Notes: a model not told the origin generated them from the letters alone. DNA of 62,913 nucleotides, filler included, from Globobulimina sp. (GCA_003354225.1; 33 parts of 33 records of this genome joined end to end with filler, not necessarily neighbours in it); one strand, 5' to 3'. Counted from the whole stretch's first letter, positions 46,403-59,196 are shown. Translations and numbers: made by a program.

Positions 46403-47347
46403 ATGACATCAAATGAGCAAAAAGAATCAAAAACTGAAACTGAAGAGAAATTCCATGGCCAATTTTCTTTGAAAGATGTCACTTCCATTGATTTAATTGA
46501 TTGTGGAAATTATTATCGTTTACCATCCACACTTAACCCAGAAAAAGATGAAAATGTGGTAAAGTTGCTATGTATATCAGATACACATAATAAGCATAAT
46601 GAAATTCAAAATATGCCACCCGCTGATATATTAATTCATTGTGGCGATTTTACAATGTACGGGAAATTGGCAGAAATTAAAAAGTATGATGACTGGATTG
46701 AACATCTAATTAAAGTTCAAAAAAAATACAAATATGCTATTTTAATTGCAGGCAATCATGACATCACATTAGAAGAGGACTATTATAATAAAATGGGTTA
46801 CATCAGTTTTCATGATGGCAAAAAAGAAAATGTTTTTCAATGTAATAAGATTGCCAGAAACGGAAATAACATTTACTTACAAGACACAACTGCGGAATTA
46901 TGCGGAGTAACATTTTATGGCAGTCCATACCAACCGGAATTTTCAGATTGGGCTTTTAATTTAGGTCGAGGTGCTCCATTAGCAAAAGAATGGGCGAAAA
47001 TACCTGCAAATGGTATTGATATTTTATTGACTCATGGACCGCCCAAATATCACGGCGACAAAGTAATGCCTTCATTTTCATTTTCAATGGATTCAGATGC
47101 TGCAATTGCAAATTATTATGGATGTAATGAATTATTGAAACGCGTTTTTACATTAAATAATATCCAATATCACATATTTGGACATATTCATGATGGCTTT
47201 GGTGCGAGCAAACATAAAGGAATCAATACAACGTTTGTCAATGCATCAACGTTAAATTCTAGATACTATCTCACCAACAAACCAATAATGCTTTATGTTA
47301 AAGGTAAATGTAAAGAAAAAAATGAACAGAAAAATGAAGAAAAATGA
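46403..47347 (+). CDS. Metallophosphoesterase (MPPED1/2, 239FB-like)
   Basis: CISDTH, DILIHCGDFT, IAGNHD, YGSPYQP, DILLTHGPP and HIFGHIH. Confidence 0.94.
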   Translation: MTSNEQKESKTETEEKFHGQFSLKDVTSIDLIDCGNYYRLPSTLNPEKDENVVKLLCISDTHNKHNEIQNMPPADILIHCGDFTMYGKLAEIKKYDDWIEHLIKVQKKYKYAILIAGNHDITLEEDYYNKMGYISFHDGKKENVFQCNKIARNGNNIYLQDTTAELCGVTFYGSPYQPEFSDWAFNLGRGAPLAKEWAKIPANGIDILLTHGPPKYHGDKVMPSFSFSMDSDAAIANYYGCNELLKRVFTLNNIQYHIFGHIHDGFGASKHKGINTTFVNASTLNSRYYLTNKPIMLYVKGKCKEKNEQKNEEK

Positions 47348-47742
47348 CCTCAAAAAAATAAATTCAAAAACATCTCAAATCATAACAAGTAAAGTCCACT
47401 TTACCTATATTGCATGTCGTGTCTCTAAAAGACTTCAAATACAAACGATAGGACGTTAGTGACACACAACAAAATGTCCAACAATCAATACGATCACGGT
47501 ACGTAAACATAAAACACAACGTGTTATCCTTGCGCTTAAATTAAATATAAAAACAAACAACAATCGTTTTCGCCAAGAATTTGCAAACTCACAAACCGAT
47601 TATCAATATCAACCAACTCAAACCGCAGTAGTCGAACCATCANNNNNNNNNNNNNNNNNNNNNNNNNNNNNNNNNNNNNNNNNNNNTTAATTAATTAANN
47701 NNNNNNNNNNNNNNNNNNNNNNNNNNNNNNNNNNNNNNNNNN

Positions 47743-49551
47743 TACTACAAATTGCTGAATATTAAACATTTGAAAAATAATTTGATAGTAATTTAATATG
47801 ATTGTTAGGAAAAACAACTTGTCACCTAGCACATTATCAGTCAATTGCTCATAGTCCATAGAAATCAATGACCATTTATTCAACTTTACCCCAATATTGT
47901 TTTGTCTCAACCTATACCCATAGAGAATACCAGATTTAGGGAAACAAAAGATAATAATAAAATGGAGTGAGTTATTTAACAGTTTAGGAATCCCAAAGTC
48001 ATGAGTAGCCCAAATGTCCACAGATAACTTAGACATGTGCTCAGACAAGGTAGAAATATAATAGAAATGACTAGAATCCCCTTTAAAATAACTAAAAGAC
48101 AAATAACTACAGGTCTCACATATATAAGCATTGGTATAATTATTACTTACTCTAGTAGGTGACCTGTCATGATTTGATCGTCTGTAATAAACATTGTTCC
48201 CAGGCAAACCTCCTTCACTAGTAAATGATAGAATTTTGGAGGACCCACATTTACAACCAGACACATCAAATAAGGTAGGAACAACATGTGTCTGAGCAGA
48301 TGATTCACATTGCTCTGAACACAAAGCTATAAAAGAAATTTTAACCCTATCCCCTTTAAATTTACTTTTAGAATTAATATTACAGCTAAAAAATGTTTCA
48401 AATACAGTACCAGCCTGTCTAAAATCGTCATTATCGGAAAAAAGATTTGTACTTCCGACTGTACACTCTTGACTAAACAATTTGGGAATTTTGGTCGCAA
48501 AATATAGTAAATTCTCCCAAATAAGCTCAACTAATATTATAATAGTGTTCAAATACAATTTAAGAGACACTTTAACCGAATTTATAATTTCCATAACATT
48601 ATATTTATGTTCAGAAAGGTTATTACTAATTAATAGAATATTTTTGGGGTCGGGCAAAAGGAAAACATCCATTTTTAGGCTACTAGTAGAAAGGTCAGCT
48701 GATAAATATTGGACCCATTCAATACTTATGCGGTCAGTAGTGACAGCCAAGCCATAAACATCTGTTTTACTAATAGACAAGCACCGAGGTACATCAATAT
48801 ATTTTACACTATTTTCAACCTCTACTGAACCCTTTCTATCCATTCTATCTATTTTTATAAACGAAAACGGAACAAAAGTATTGGACACATACATATAGCA
48901 AGCATCCACACTCTTAGGGACAGCAGATTTTACTCCTTTAAGTGTAGGTATTTTTAATAATTGACAGCAACCCCAATACCCGATACCTGGACTACAAAAA
49001 TTGGAAAGAATAGACTCAAATTGTTGGAGTCTCTCATTCAATAACTCAGTTAATATCTCTAAACTAGCAATTTTGCTTTCAAGAGTTATAGGCCCCAAAT
49101 CAACTAAAAAATGATTTTGAAAAACTACTCTCTCCTTCAAACCAAGAGAAATAGTTGACCGAAATAGCCGTTTTTCTCCCCCAATGATAGAATAATAAAA
49201 TAAACCCATGCGCGGAAACAGAAAAGAAAGTTTTGCGCCAATAAAAACGTAAATAACAGCTGGGCCCTTTCTCTCTACTCCTATCCTTACTAGACCGAGC
49301 CTGCCAGCCACAAAGTCTCGTTTACGACGACGAGCCATGCATGAATAGAAATGATTGTACCGTCGCTCGTCAAAAAGCAACAACAGGCGTTTTTTAGGAC
49401 TTGATTTATTCTCTGCCAAGCCACAAGCATTATTATTAGAGAAATTAGACGTATAGACGTTAGAAATTTTAAACATAAAAACTGTGACTGTCCATATAAA
49501 ATAGAATACCGAAATAACAAAAAAGGCAGAGTGAAGAAGAAGCAATCGCTC
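47743..49551 (-). CDS. Orphan ORF (~600 codons) spanning the whole contig
   Basis: Stop-free frame across an AT-rich contig; no motif recognised. Confidence 0.4.
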
Positions 49552-49689
49552 NNNNNNNNNNNNNNNNNNNNNNNNNNNNNNNNNNNNNNNNNNNNTTAAT
49601 TAATTAANNNNNNNNNNNNNNNNNNNNNNNNNNNNNNNNNNNNNNNNNNNNAGAAACATAACACATTTGATTACAAAATATATACAATA

Positions 49690-50077
49690 TAAAATACAGT
49701 ATATTACTGATTTATGTTGTGGTACTGTTACGAGCGCGGAAGTTAAAGATGTGGCCAACTATCCAATATTTGTAGCCGGCAGCCAACCGCAAGATGATGA
49801 TTTTTGGATTTTTGATAATGCAGTTTATAATCAGGGATACTTTACTGCGCCAATAACAGTTCAAGTTACAAATAGCAATAATGACACACTTACATTCACG
49901 GATGTTATTGCTAGTATTAATCCTGACAATACATATTATTCTGACAATAATACCAACTTTGGTTGCAGTGACGGACAAACTGGTACTTCTGGATGCAGCT
50001 ACAGTGTATATTGCATTTCTAAACGCATTGCTGTTGCACTATTTTTATCTTTATTCATTGTTTGCCTTTCTTTTTAA
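49690..50077 (+). CDS. Expansin-like C-terminal domain with hydrophobic (GPI-like) tail, last exon
   Basis: VTSAEVK, FWIF, FTAPITVQVT...LTFTDVI..I.P...Y. Confidence 0.55.
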
Positions 50078-50206
50078 ACTTAATTATAATTGTTTTCGTG
50101 TTTAATTGTATGTCTAAAGTACGTAAAAAATCTGTGTTATTCAATGGTGTTTGTTTGTAACTTGTAAGTGCTGTTAGGTTTATATAGGACAGAGAATAGT
50201 TTTTGA

Positions 50207-51376
50207 TTATGTTTTGTCATAATCATCTTCCATTGGATGTAGAATGTGCGTTGATTCTTTGATAATATTTCTAAAATCATAAACAAATTCGGCAATTAGC
50301 AAAAACACATCAGCTAAACCGTTCATATCCGACATTATGCACAACATCGCTGCATATTTATTGATTGCATGATTTATATCAAATACATAAAATTCAGTAT
50401 GTTTTACAACAATTCCGGAAGAATGTATCATTGGGCCGGGAATGCCACTTTCATGCAAAGAAAGTATACCAACCGCATACCACCACCATCCCGGATTAAA
50501 TGTTCCATCAATCAATGCTTGTCCATTATTTTTATTTAATCGCATTCCACAAAAACAGCCATTTTTGCCATGATTACTGTTTGGATATGGAACATAAATT
50601 CATTTGTATCCCTTTGCTTGCGCAATGTCTTCAATTGGTGCACTTTCTTGATACCAAATCATTCCATCCGATATCAAATGATTCAAAATAAAGGAATCAC
50701 TTTGACTTTTTCTAATATTTGGCCATAAAATTAAGAAAGCCATCTTGTTGAAATTATTTTTTCTGAAATCCCGAAATAAATTGTAATCAATGTCCATGTT
50801 TGCATATAAAGCGGAATTTGGCGCATTGCTATTTTTTCTCCATTCATTTGTGCCAAATAAATCTGAATTGTTTTCCATTCTTTGTCTCAATAATAATTTC
50901 CAACATTTTTTGCTGTTTGAAAACGATTTAGGATCAATTAAAAACCGCAGCGGAGTCCACTTTGTAGATAAAAAAGATATCATTTCTTTTTTTGAAATTG
51001 TTAAATTAGTTTTTGTGGTCGCTTTCTTATAAATTAGTGATGCAAATCTATCAATATTCCCATCAGAATCGTAAATAAATACGTTTTGCAATTTTTTATA
51101 TGTGTATTTTTCACGTATTATTAACACAAAAAAGTGCAATATAAATTGATAAAATTGATTATTTTTACATTGATAATTATTAAAATTAAAATTTGTGAGA
51201 GGAATAATTAAAGATCTCGACATTTCAAATGAAGTCCATTCTGATATTTGAGTTGAAGCAATCGCAGCATTTAGAAAATTTGTATCATTTTGATATTGCG
51301 ATAAAACAGAATAAAATTCAAATCTAATTTCAGTATCACATAATTCATTCATCCCTTCATTAATAAATGGTTGCAT
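50207..51376 (-). pseudogene. Fibrinogen-like/lectin-like domain protein with in-frame TGA (50600-50602)
   Basis: WKLLLRQ...IWYQESAP...GYK*IYVPY...ALIDG...WWWYAVG...GIPGP...EFYV reads in one frame across the stop. Confidence 0.6.
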
Positions 51377-51749
51377 AACATTTATACGCTTTGTATTGCC
51401 ATTTATTTTCTGCGTTTGATTGCGAATGAGCTGTAATTGTTTGTTTATTGGAATGTTATCNNNNNNNNNNNNNNNNNNNNNNNNNNNNNNNNNNNNNNNN
51501 NNNNTTAATTAATTAANNNNNNNNNNNNNNNNNNNNNNNNNNNNNNNNNNNNNNNNNNNNTTTGAACTGAAAAGCGGTCTATGTCTGGAACGTAGGCTTG
51601 TATTCATGCTAAACGACCTCAGTGATGTTTACAACTAAGATTTAAAAACACCTTAAATAAATCTTATGTCCTCATAAAGAAAGCATGTCTCCTTAACATA
51701 TTTATACATATTTTAATATACACAATTACTAGTTTACTACCAACAAACT

Positions 51750-53369
51750 ATGGGCAATCATCCATCACAACCAAATAATCGTTTATTCAGTGATGAACTG
51801 ATGTCACACAGACCAGTACAGCAACGTCCCCACGCATCCTCCGACGCAGTACCATATAGACCTAGACCCAGACAGCCACAAAAAGAAAACAACAACAATA
51901 ACAAAACCAACCCCAACAACAGCAAAACCAAACCCGTCCTCCCGATATTCACACAAAAAAAGAACCATTATAACCCCATCAGTCCACTGAAATCAAACGC
52001 ATACAAACCAGGCCACCTTTCCCCGACAGACAGAACCCACCCACACTCGGACCAGAATAACAGCGAATCCTTCAGCATCATCCAAGGGCCACAGCCCGAG
52101 CACTCTCACAGCAGCCACCCAAAAGTACTCATCATCCAAGGCTGGCTCACCAAACGTGGCGAAAACAGCAAAAAGCTGAAAAAACGCTACTGGAAATTAT
52201 ACGATAACGGCAAATTGACCTACAGCACGAAACAGAGCGGCTCCTTCAAGAAATACGCAAACCTCAAGGTCGGCATCGACGCCATGTCGTTGGCCGACGA
52301 CACCGGATTCAAAGTGCAAGTGTCTGGGCGCCACCTCACGTTCTACGCGCAGACCACCGACGAACGCGATGCGTGGTTCGCCATTATCTACAAATACTAC
52401 TACCAAAAGGGCCAAGAACAGGTGATTTTATTGGCGAAGTCGTCGGGGGACCGCCACGACGAAGAGGCCAAGGACAAGTTCGAGCTGCCCAAACTGGAGA
52501 TTATCACCGAGAAATACAACAAAAAGAGCCGCAAATCGCGGAGAAAAAAGCTGAAGCGGCGGAATAGCTTTGATAGCACCAAGGCGGCGGTGGCGCTCGC
52601 ACTGAAAGAGAAGCAGCAGAGAGCGCAAAAGAGCCACAATCCGCAGACCCCGCCAGCTACGCACACGCATTCGCGTAGCAAGTATGTGGAGGATATGAAG
52701 CGCAGTCGGTCTGCGACGGACAGACGGAACGGGAATGGCCGTAATGCGCATGCACCGAAAGAGGACGGTATGATTATATTCAGCGAGCAATATATGAGCC
52801 AGATCTGCGACGGTAAGACCTGTCTCAGTCTGGAACGCGTTCATTATGTGCTGAAGAAGTACGATTTGTGGCGGAGGAAGGAGCACAAGATTATGAGCCT
52901 GGGCATGTACAAGTATATAAATAACGGTCTGGGCGAGTGTTGTGATAATACGCATCTATTGAATGATTACAACCATTTGCTGGCATTCCATGACAGTGTT
53001 TTTAACCATATTTACGAGTATTTTGACGGGGAATGTGAGATTGCGAACTGTTTATTGATTAAGCGGCTGCATCGCGACAGGAATTATTACAAAAATGACG
53101 CGAAACGCAAGCAGATTTACTATAATTATGAGGATCCAAAGGAGATCAACACACAGCAGATATTGGATAAAATACACTGTTTTTACAGACATAGTTACGA
53201 TTTGGGACTCAAAGTGAAGAAGAGTAAGTTGCTGAGCATTGCGCAGAGTACGCGCAGTAATCACCGGAAATGGAGGACGAGTGTCATGAGCTCGATGCAT
53301 AAACGGCAGTCGCTGACCAATGAGGAGAGCAAAGAGGCGCATATGATCATAATGCAGAACGATACGACT
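51750..53369 (+). CDS. PH-domain protein fused to a lineage-expanded domain (3'-partial)
   Basis: IQGWLTKRGE..KKRYWKL..GKLTY...FYAQTTDERDAWF; then LLNDYNHLL..H, CEIANC..KRLHRDR and QQILDKIHCF..HSYD. Confidence 0.85.
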
Positions 53370-53749
53370 NNNNNNNNNNNNNNNNNNNNNNNNNNNNNNN
53401 NNNNNNNNNNNNNTTAATTAATTAANNNNNNNNNNNNNNNNNNNNNNNNNNNNNNNNNNNNNNNNNNNNACTGTACCAAGGATACTGTGATCGATAGGAT
53501 TCGTGTGACGGTTTCTTACATCAAATCGCAACTGAAGAAGATGGACAATTAATTTTTAAGTAAAGTGCCGCTTCACTTGCTTGTTTTTCTCAAGAATTAC
53601 AACTTTCAAATCTAGCTAGCTCACAATGTGCGATAACTGCGAGTGTGACTGGGGAATCGTGTTTAGTGTATTGAATGTGTGTTAAATGGCTATCCAATCT
53701 ATATTTTCATAGTGTTGCTATCTAATCTTTAATCTTTAATTTTTAATTC

Positions 53750-54124
53750 CAGTTTATCTGCGGTGTCGGCATAGTTATCGGGCATTTCAGTTTGGATGAT
53801 CCGTGTGATTGGCTGAGAGTACTTATCGGCATTTCAATCTGTTGGGTTGCAATAACGCACCGGTTTTGTGACCAATATGCTTTGGCATGGTTTCCATTTT
53901 GGGAGAAATCATTCGTATTTATGGGGTGTACCTTCATTTTCTTTTCTTGTGGGGCCTGGAACCGAGGCTGTCACCATCACAACAACGACAATGATAATTG
54001 CAACTTTGGCGAGAATTTTGCGGCTTTCTTTTTATGGGTCACGTTTGCCGTTGGCTTCGTTTATATTCTTTTAGGCGCAATTGAATTCTTTGCAGGTATA
54101 GGAAATTACAACATTTTGTCATAA
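53750..54124 (+). CDS. Small multi-pass membrane protein (5' end uncertain)
   Basis: Four hydrophobic segments. Confidence 0.4.
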   Translation, partial: QFICGVGIVIGHFSLDDPCDWLRVLIGISICWVAITHRFCDQYALAWFPFWEKSFVFMGCTFIFFSCGAWNRGCHHHNNDNDNCNFGENFAAFFLWVTFAVGFVYILLGAIEFFAGIGNYNILS

Positions 54125-54689
54125 GTTTATATGCATGTTATCTCATACAAGGCGCATCAATTTCGCATCCAGTGCCGCTTGAAGGATGTTGTGGCATTGG
54201 AGGAGGAGGAGGTGGCGGTGGTGATAGTTCAGGAGGAAAGAAGGAAAACGATGAGTTGAAAGAATCGAATGAAACAAATGAAAAAAAGGAATCTGAAGGG
54301 AAAAAACCAAAAAAGAAAGGTCGGACAACCACAGGGAGCACAGCAGGGACTATAAAGAAAAAAAGGAAAAAAAAAGCTACTATCTGATAGACTACAAATC
54401 CGGTCCAGTCAATGTGATGTTAATTTATATTGGTTTAAATAATGTGTGCATGTATAGCTGTTTCTGATCTTTGCGGTACTTTGCGGTGCAAACAATTGTG
54501 AAAAACGAATTTATCCACATGTTTTTCACTATTTTTGAGACAGATCCTAACAAACAAAAAAGGTTTAATATTAACAGTGATAAGGGATAACGAATAACTT
54601 TTATATGAACAACAACAAAAAACGCAGGAAAATATAATTAATACAATCACGCGAATACAATATTTAACAGCTATTTCACGAACAGTGAA

Positions 54690-55163
54690 TCATACATTGT
54701 TCTTATTTTGAAGACTTGTAAAAAGAGCAAGAATTGGATTGCTTCCTTTTAGATTTGGGGGTGTTTTGGTTGCGATAACCTTTGGTTTCTGTGGCATCAA
54801 AGCTCTCAATTCAACCTCACTTGGTCTATCTCCTTGGCCGTAGGGCAAACTTATTTTATGTTTAACTAATACTTCGCGAGCAGTCACAGCAAGTCGGTTC
54901 ATCATAAAACACTTTGAATACGCATTTTTATCAAAATATTGTCGAATTTTATCATTCATTATTTGTACTTGCTTTCCTTTTGATAAATAAAATCCCCAAT
55001 ATTGTTTTAAATATGTTTGTCCTGCATTCAATGTGGATAACGATTTTCTATCCTTCAAGTGATTCTGTTCAAACTCCATTGATAATTCATGTAACTCGTG
55101 CACTGTGATCTGTTTTTTCTTCAAAAAGTATGGTACGGGTTTATTTGGTTTGGGTGCTGCCAT
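54690..55163 (-). CDS. Basic hypothetical protein
   Basis: ATG-initiated 157-aa ORF with protein-like composition. Confidence 0.5.
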   Translation of the reverse strand: MAAPKPNKPVPYFLKKKQITVHELHELSMEFEQNHLKDRKSLSTLNAGQTYLKQYWGFYLSKGKQVQIMNDKIRQYFDKNAYSKCFMMNRLAVTAREVLVKHKISLPYGQGDRPSEVELRALMPQKPKVIATKTPPNLKGSNPILALFTSLQNKNNV

Positions 55164-55378
55164 TAGACTATGGCCAACTAAGTTTTTTTTGAGACCGTTA
55201 CATTTAAAGTCTACTTATGTCTAAGAGGATTGCTTGCCAGCAGCGTGGATTAATAAATAGTCCTCACTCTATTGCCTCNNNNNNNNNNNNNNNNNNNNNN
55301 NNNNNNNNNNNNNNNNNNNNNNTTAATTAATTAANNNNNNNNNNNNNNNNNNNNNNNNNNNNNNNNNNNNNNNNNNNN

Positions 55379-55901
55379 AAATGTTATAACAACAGCATCG
55401 GTGCAATTGTTACATAAATCGTATAGCAAACGTTCATGGATAAAATTGCCAGACGATGTAAATAAAGAGAATGGCAGAATACGTCATGAATTATTAACGA
55501 TTACAGTTGGTCCATTGTTAACTATTCATATTCGATCATTTCAATCATTTGAAGATCAAAAAACATATCAAAATAAGGAGCAATTCATATTAAATCACGA
55601 GATTGGCGGTGCCAATCATTTCGAAGTTGATATATTCCGAAATTCACAAATATGTGGCGGCACAACATATGAACAGTATAATTTTGGTTTATTGCATGAT
55701 ACACATAATGGGTTTGAATCTTTAATGTTTAAATCAAGATACAATGTGTTATCCGATTTTTTAAACAATGCTAATAATATATCTGATATGTCTATTTTAG
55801 CTAAAAATTCCATGGATACCGTACGATTAATGTCTGCAATATATAAAAATATAGCAATTTACAACAATGATAATATGAATAATAGTACTATTGATATTTA
55901 A
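55379..55901 (+). CDS. Possible Gfo/Idh/MocA-like oxidoreductase C-terminus (partial)
   Basis: Open frame ending in an amphipathic helix, DTVRLMSAIYK. Confidence 0.35.
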
Positions 55902-56012
55902 TTATAAATGTACATGTTGGAAATTGTAATGCAAACCATTGATTGATTGATTTTTTTCAAATTAATGATTGTTTATTTTAATATATTTACACTGTACTTG
56001 ACTACTTCAATA

Positions 56013-57187
56013 ATGGCAGATTCTGTTTCAAAAGTTATGGTGTCTATTGTTGACAGCCAGGTCAAAAATAGAGATAAATCGATACAACAATTGCCACAAA
56101 GCGAAAAAGCAGTTATGTGACAAAATCACAAAATAATTTCTGCAATCATAGAATACTTTGATTTATAGGGTCTAAAATATGATCGTAGACAGTTGATTGA
56201 CGACAGCAAAGAAAATGAATTCGTTTTGTCGGCATTAGACCTTGCATTACAAGGCAACAATGGGTGGAATCTTGACGAAAAAAACCCAGATATTCAAAAT
56301 AAAAAATGTCCCCATTCCAAACGGAAAGTATTCAGAATCGTTTGTAAAAACATCAATTCATGCGATTTCCAGGATGTTTATGATTATTTGGAATGTGGAT
56401 ATCGCGGAGTAGCTGATTTTGACATTATTCATCATATTGATAGCGATCATGATATATTATATCAAAAGATTGAGTCACCAGCACCAGAATGGATATTATC
56501 CAGCAGAGATTGTCAATGTTTACGAATGAGATTTTATATTAACGAATATTATGATAAATACAGTAATAATACATATACAATAATGGGTACTTTATGGTAT
56601 CCATTTGATTCAAGCTGGAAAGACCATATTTTATATATTGATCCCGGCAAATATTACCGTATCTGCTTTGAATTTGGCGCAAGAGTTTATTACAAGGCAA
56701 CTAATGCAATGTGTGGTGATTCGTACACTTACATTGGTTTGCAACATAGTTATAAAGCTCGTGGATGGATTCCGCAGTTTGTGGAAAACTCATTTGGTTT
56801 AAAACAGAAAAATATCAAATATTTTGATGATTTATGCAAAAGAATTCCGGATGAGCTGAAACAACGGAAATATAAAACAAATGCCAGAGTGCAGAAACCA
56901 TTGTTGCCCATCGGAAATACGAAAGGTAATGAGGATGCAGATGATTTTAAAGATGAACAGAAAAATAATATATATAATGAAGAAGAGGAACAAATTAGGA
57001 TTTGGTTGCGTGATGTCGGCGGCGATAATATTAATATGGAACAATATCTTGATGTTTTGATGAATAATGGGTTTGATAATTTTAATTTTATTCGAGGATT
57101 AAGTTTAGATATTTTGGAACAGATTGGAATTAATAAAATTGGACATCGAATTGAATTAATGCGACGGATAAATTGTTTGGAGGGGAA
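56013..57187 (+). CDS. START lipid-transfer domain plus SAM domain protein; intron 56112-56168
   Basis: WILSSRDCQCLR and ARGWIPQFVEN (START); IWL..MEQYLDVLMNNGFD...LEQIGINKIGHRIELM (SAM). Confidence 0.85.
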
Positions 57188-57287
57188 NNNNNNNNNNNNN
57201 NNNNNNNNNNNNNNNNNNNNNNNNNNNNNNNTTAATTAATTAANNNNNNNNNNNNNNNNNNNNNNNNNNNNNNNNNNNNNNNNNNNN

Positions 57288-57721
57288 TTGTGTGGAAGAA
57301 ATTGGATGCGTCGTTGGAGATATTGAATGTGGATGTTAATAAGATGGAAAGTGATGCATTGGTGTTTAGCTGTGATGTTGGTGCGGCTCCTGTGTCTGAT
57401 GTGCCGCCAGCACCGGTGAAGAGATTGTGTGGCGGATTAAGGGATCGAGAGATCGACCAATTGGTGATTGAATCGTGTGGGAGAGTTAAAGAGGACGTGA
57501 TAGTAAAAGCAAGTGAGAATAAACAAGAGGATAAATTCACGGAATTTACTCCAATTTCATGCAAATCACAGGTGGTGGCAGGGACTAATTTATTTGTTAA
57601 GGTAAAAGTAAACGAAAATTCATTTGTTCATGTTCGAATTTGGTGCAAATTAGATTCATCGATTGAATTAACCAATGTTGAATGGAATAAAAATGAGAAT
57701 GATGAAATAGTTTATTTTTAA
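57288..57721 (+). CDS. Cystatin/stefin, probably multi-domain (5'-partial)
   Basis: LCGGL, SQVVAGTNLFVKV and FVHVRIW. Confidence 0.88.
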
Positions 57722-57884
57722 TATAAGTTTTAGCCGTTGATATATTGTCTGAGCTTTGTTGACTTTGTTTTAAATTTAATATATGTGTTGTCAGTAACTA
57801 CGTACTTAAAAAAATCCGTATCCAACAATCGTCGAGACTTACTTTGCACAGTCCCTCCAACACTGAAAGTACAAATTAAATAGA

Positions 57885-59096
57885 ATGAAACTTGCTGTTT
57901 CCATCATCATTACGCTATTACTGGCTATTCACATTAAAGCAACACGATTATTACAAGCTATACAGCCTGTAACATGCGCATCTGTCGACTGTCAACCTGG
58001 TAATAATTGTTATGATACATCTAATGGAGCAGTTTGTTGTGATCCAAACATATGCCGTATGTTAATTAACATTGTGTATTTTATTTTTTTGTATTAAATC
58101 AATGACTTCAATATATCACCATGCTAGAGGCTGGACGTTGTGGTGGTAACGGATTACATGAATGTGAGCAAGGTTATGAATGTGTAGTAAGTTTCTGTCC
58201 TTACGGATTAACAGATTGTCCGGGAGTTTGTATTAATCCCTCTGCCCAACCAACTGCAGGTACATGTATAACATGCAAATGATGCAAACCATAAAATATT
58301 ACTATGTTATCTACCTTATACCGTTAAAAAGGCGAATTATGTGGAAAACAAGGAATAGATTGTGCTGCATTAAGGGCTCCAGCCGGTATTTGTTCGAATG
58401 GGAAATGTTATAGAAATTGTGGTGATTGTATATACAAACACGATGCAAATGGAAATTTCAATTGTGAGCCACAATTGATTGCAAAAGAAGCTGTCTGTCC
58501 GTGTGGCGGCTTTGAACATTGTGCTAGGTTGGTTACGTTGCAAATCGTCTCTTGTTTGGCATGTTTCCGTGTAATGTGCAATCATAAATTAATTCTTACA
58601 GTTACACACCCGATGGATGTAATACCTGTTTATGTCGCCACGATGGAACTCCTCCATTGTGTACGTACGGGGCATGTGACAGTGATGGATATTCTGAATG
58701 TAGAATTTGCAGTGATGGATATTCACTCAATGCAGTCACAAAAGAATGTGAAGCGGCACCAACATTGACATGTGCAAATGTGAGATGTGCAGCTCATACG
58801 ATGTGTGATGACACATCAACAGGACCAGTTTGTGTGGATATTGAGCCTGAACCAAAAGCAAAGGTAGGATGTGGTATTGACCATTGTAACAGGTATTACA
58901 TACAATATATATTATATTTAATCCACGCCACAAACTATTCACATTTAACAGTATATTTAATGGATGTAATTACTGTTCGTGCGATGGATTTAAAGAAGGA
59001 GCGTGTACAAAGAGAGCATGTATAACCGCCTATTCAGAAGCATATTGCACATGGTGTGAAGCTGGTTATATGTTAAATCCATCCACAAATAAATGT
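57885..59096 (+). CDS. Secreted Cys-rich multi-exon protein (follistatin-N-like and DGCNxCxC modules)
   Basis: Signal peptide; TCASVDC..C..GAVC, TCANVRC..C..GPVC and DGCNTC; several GT-AG introns. Confidence 0.7.
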
Positions 59097-59196
59097 NNNN
59101 NNNNNNNNNNNNNNNNNNNNNNNNNNNNNNNNNNNNNNNNTTAATTAATTAANNNNNNNNNNNNNNNNNNNNNNNNNNNNNNNNNNNNNNNNNNNN

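Noticed and set aside
54172-54387. Gly/Lys-rich 71-aa ORF
   Set aside because: Low-complexity GGA and A-rich tract. It may be a gene remnant, but no function can be supported.
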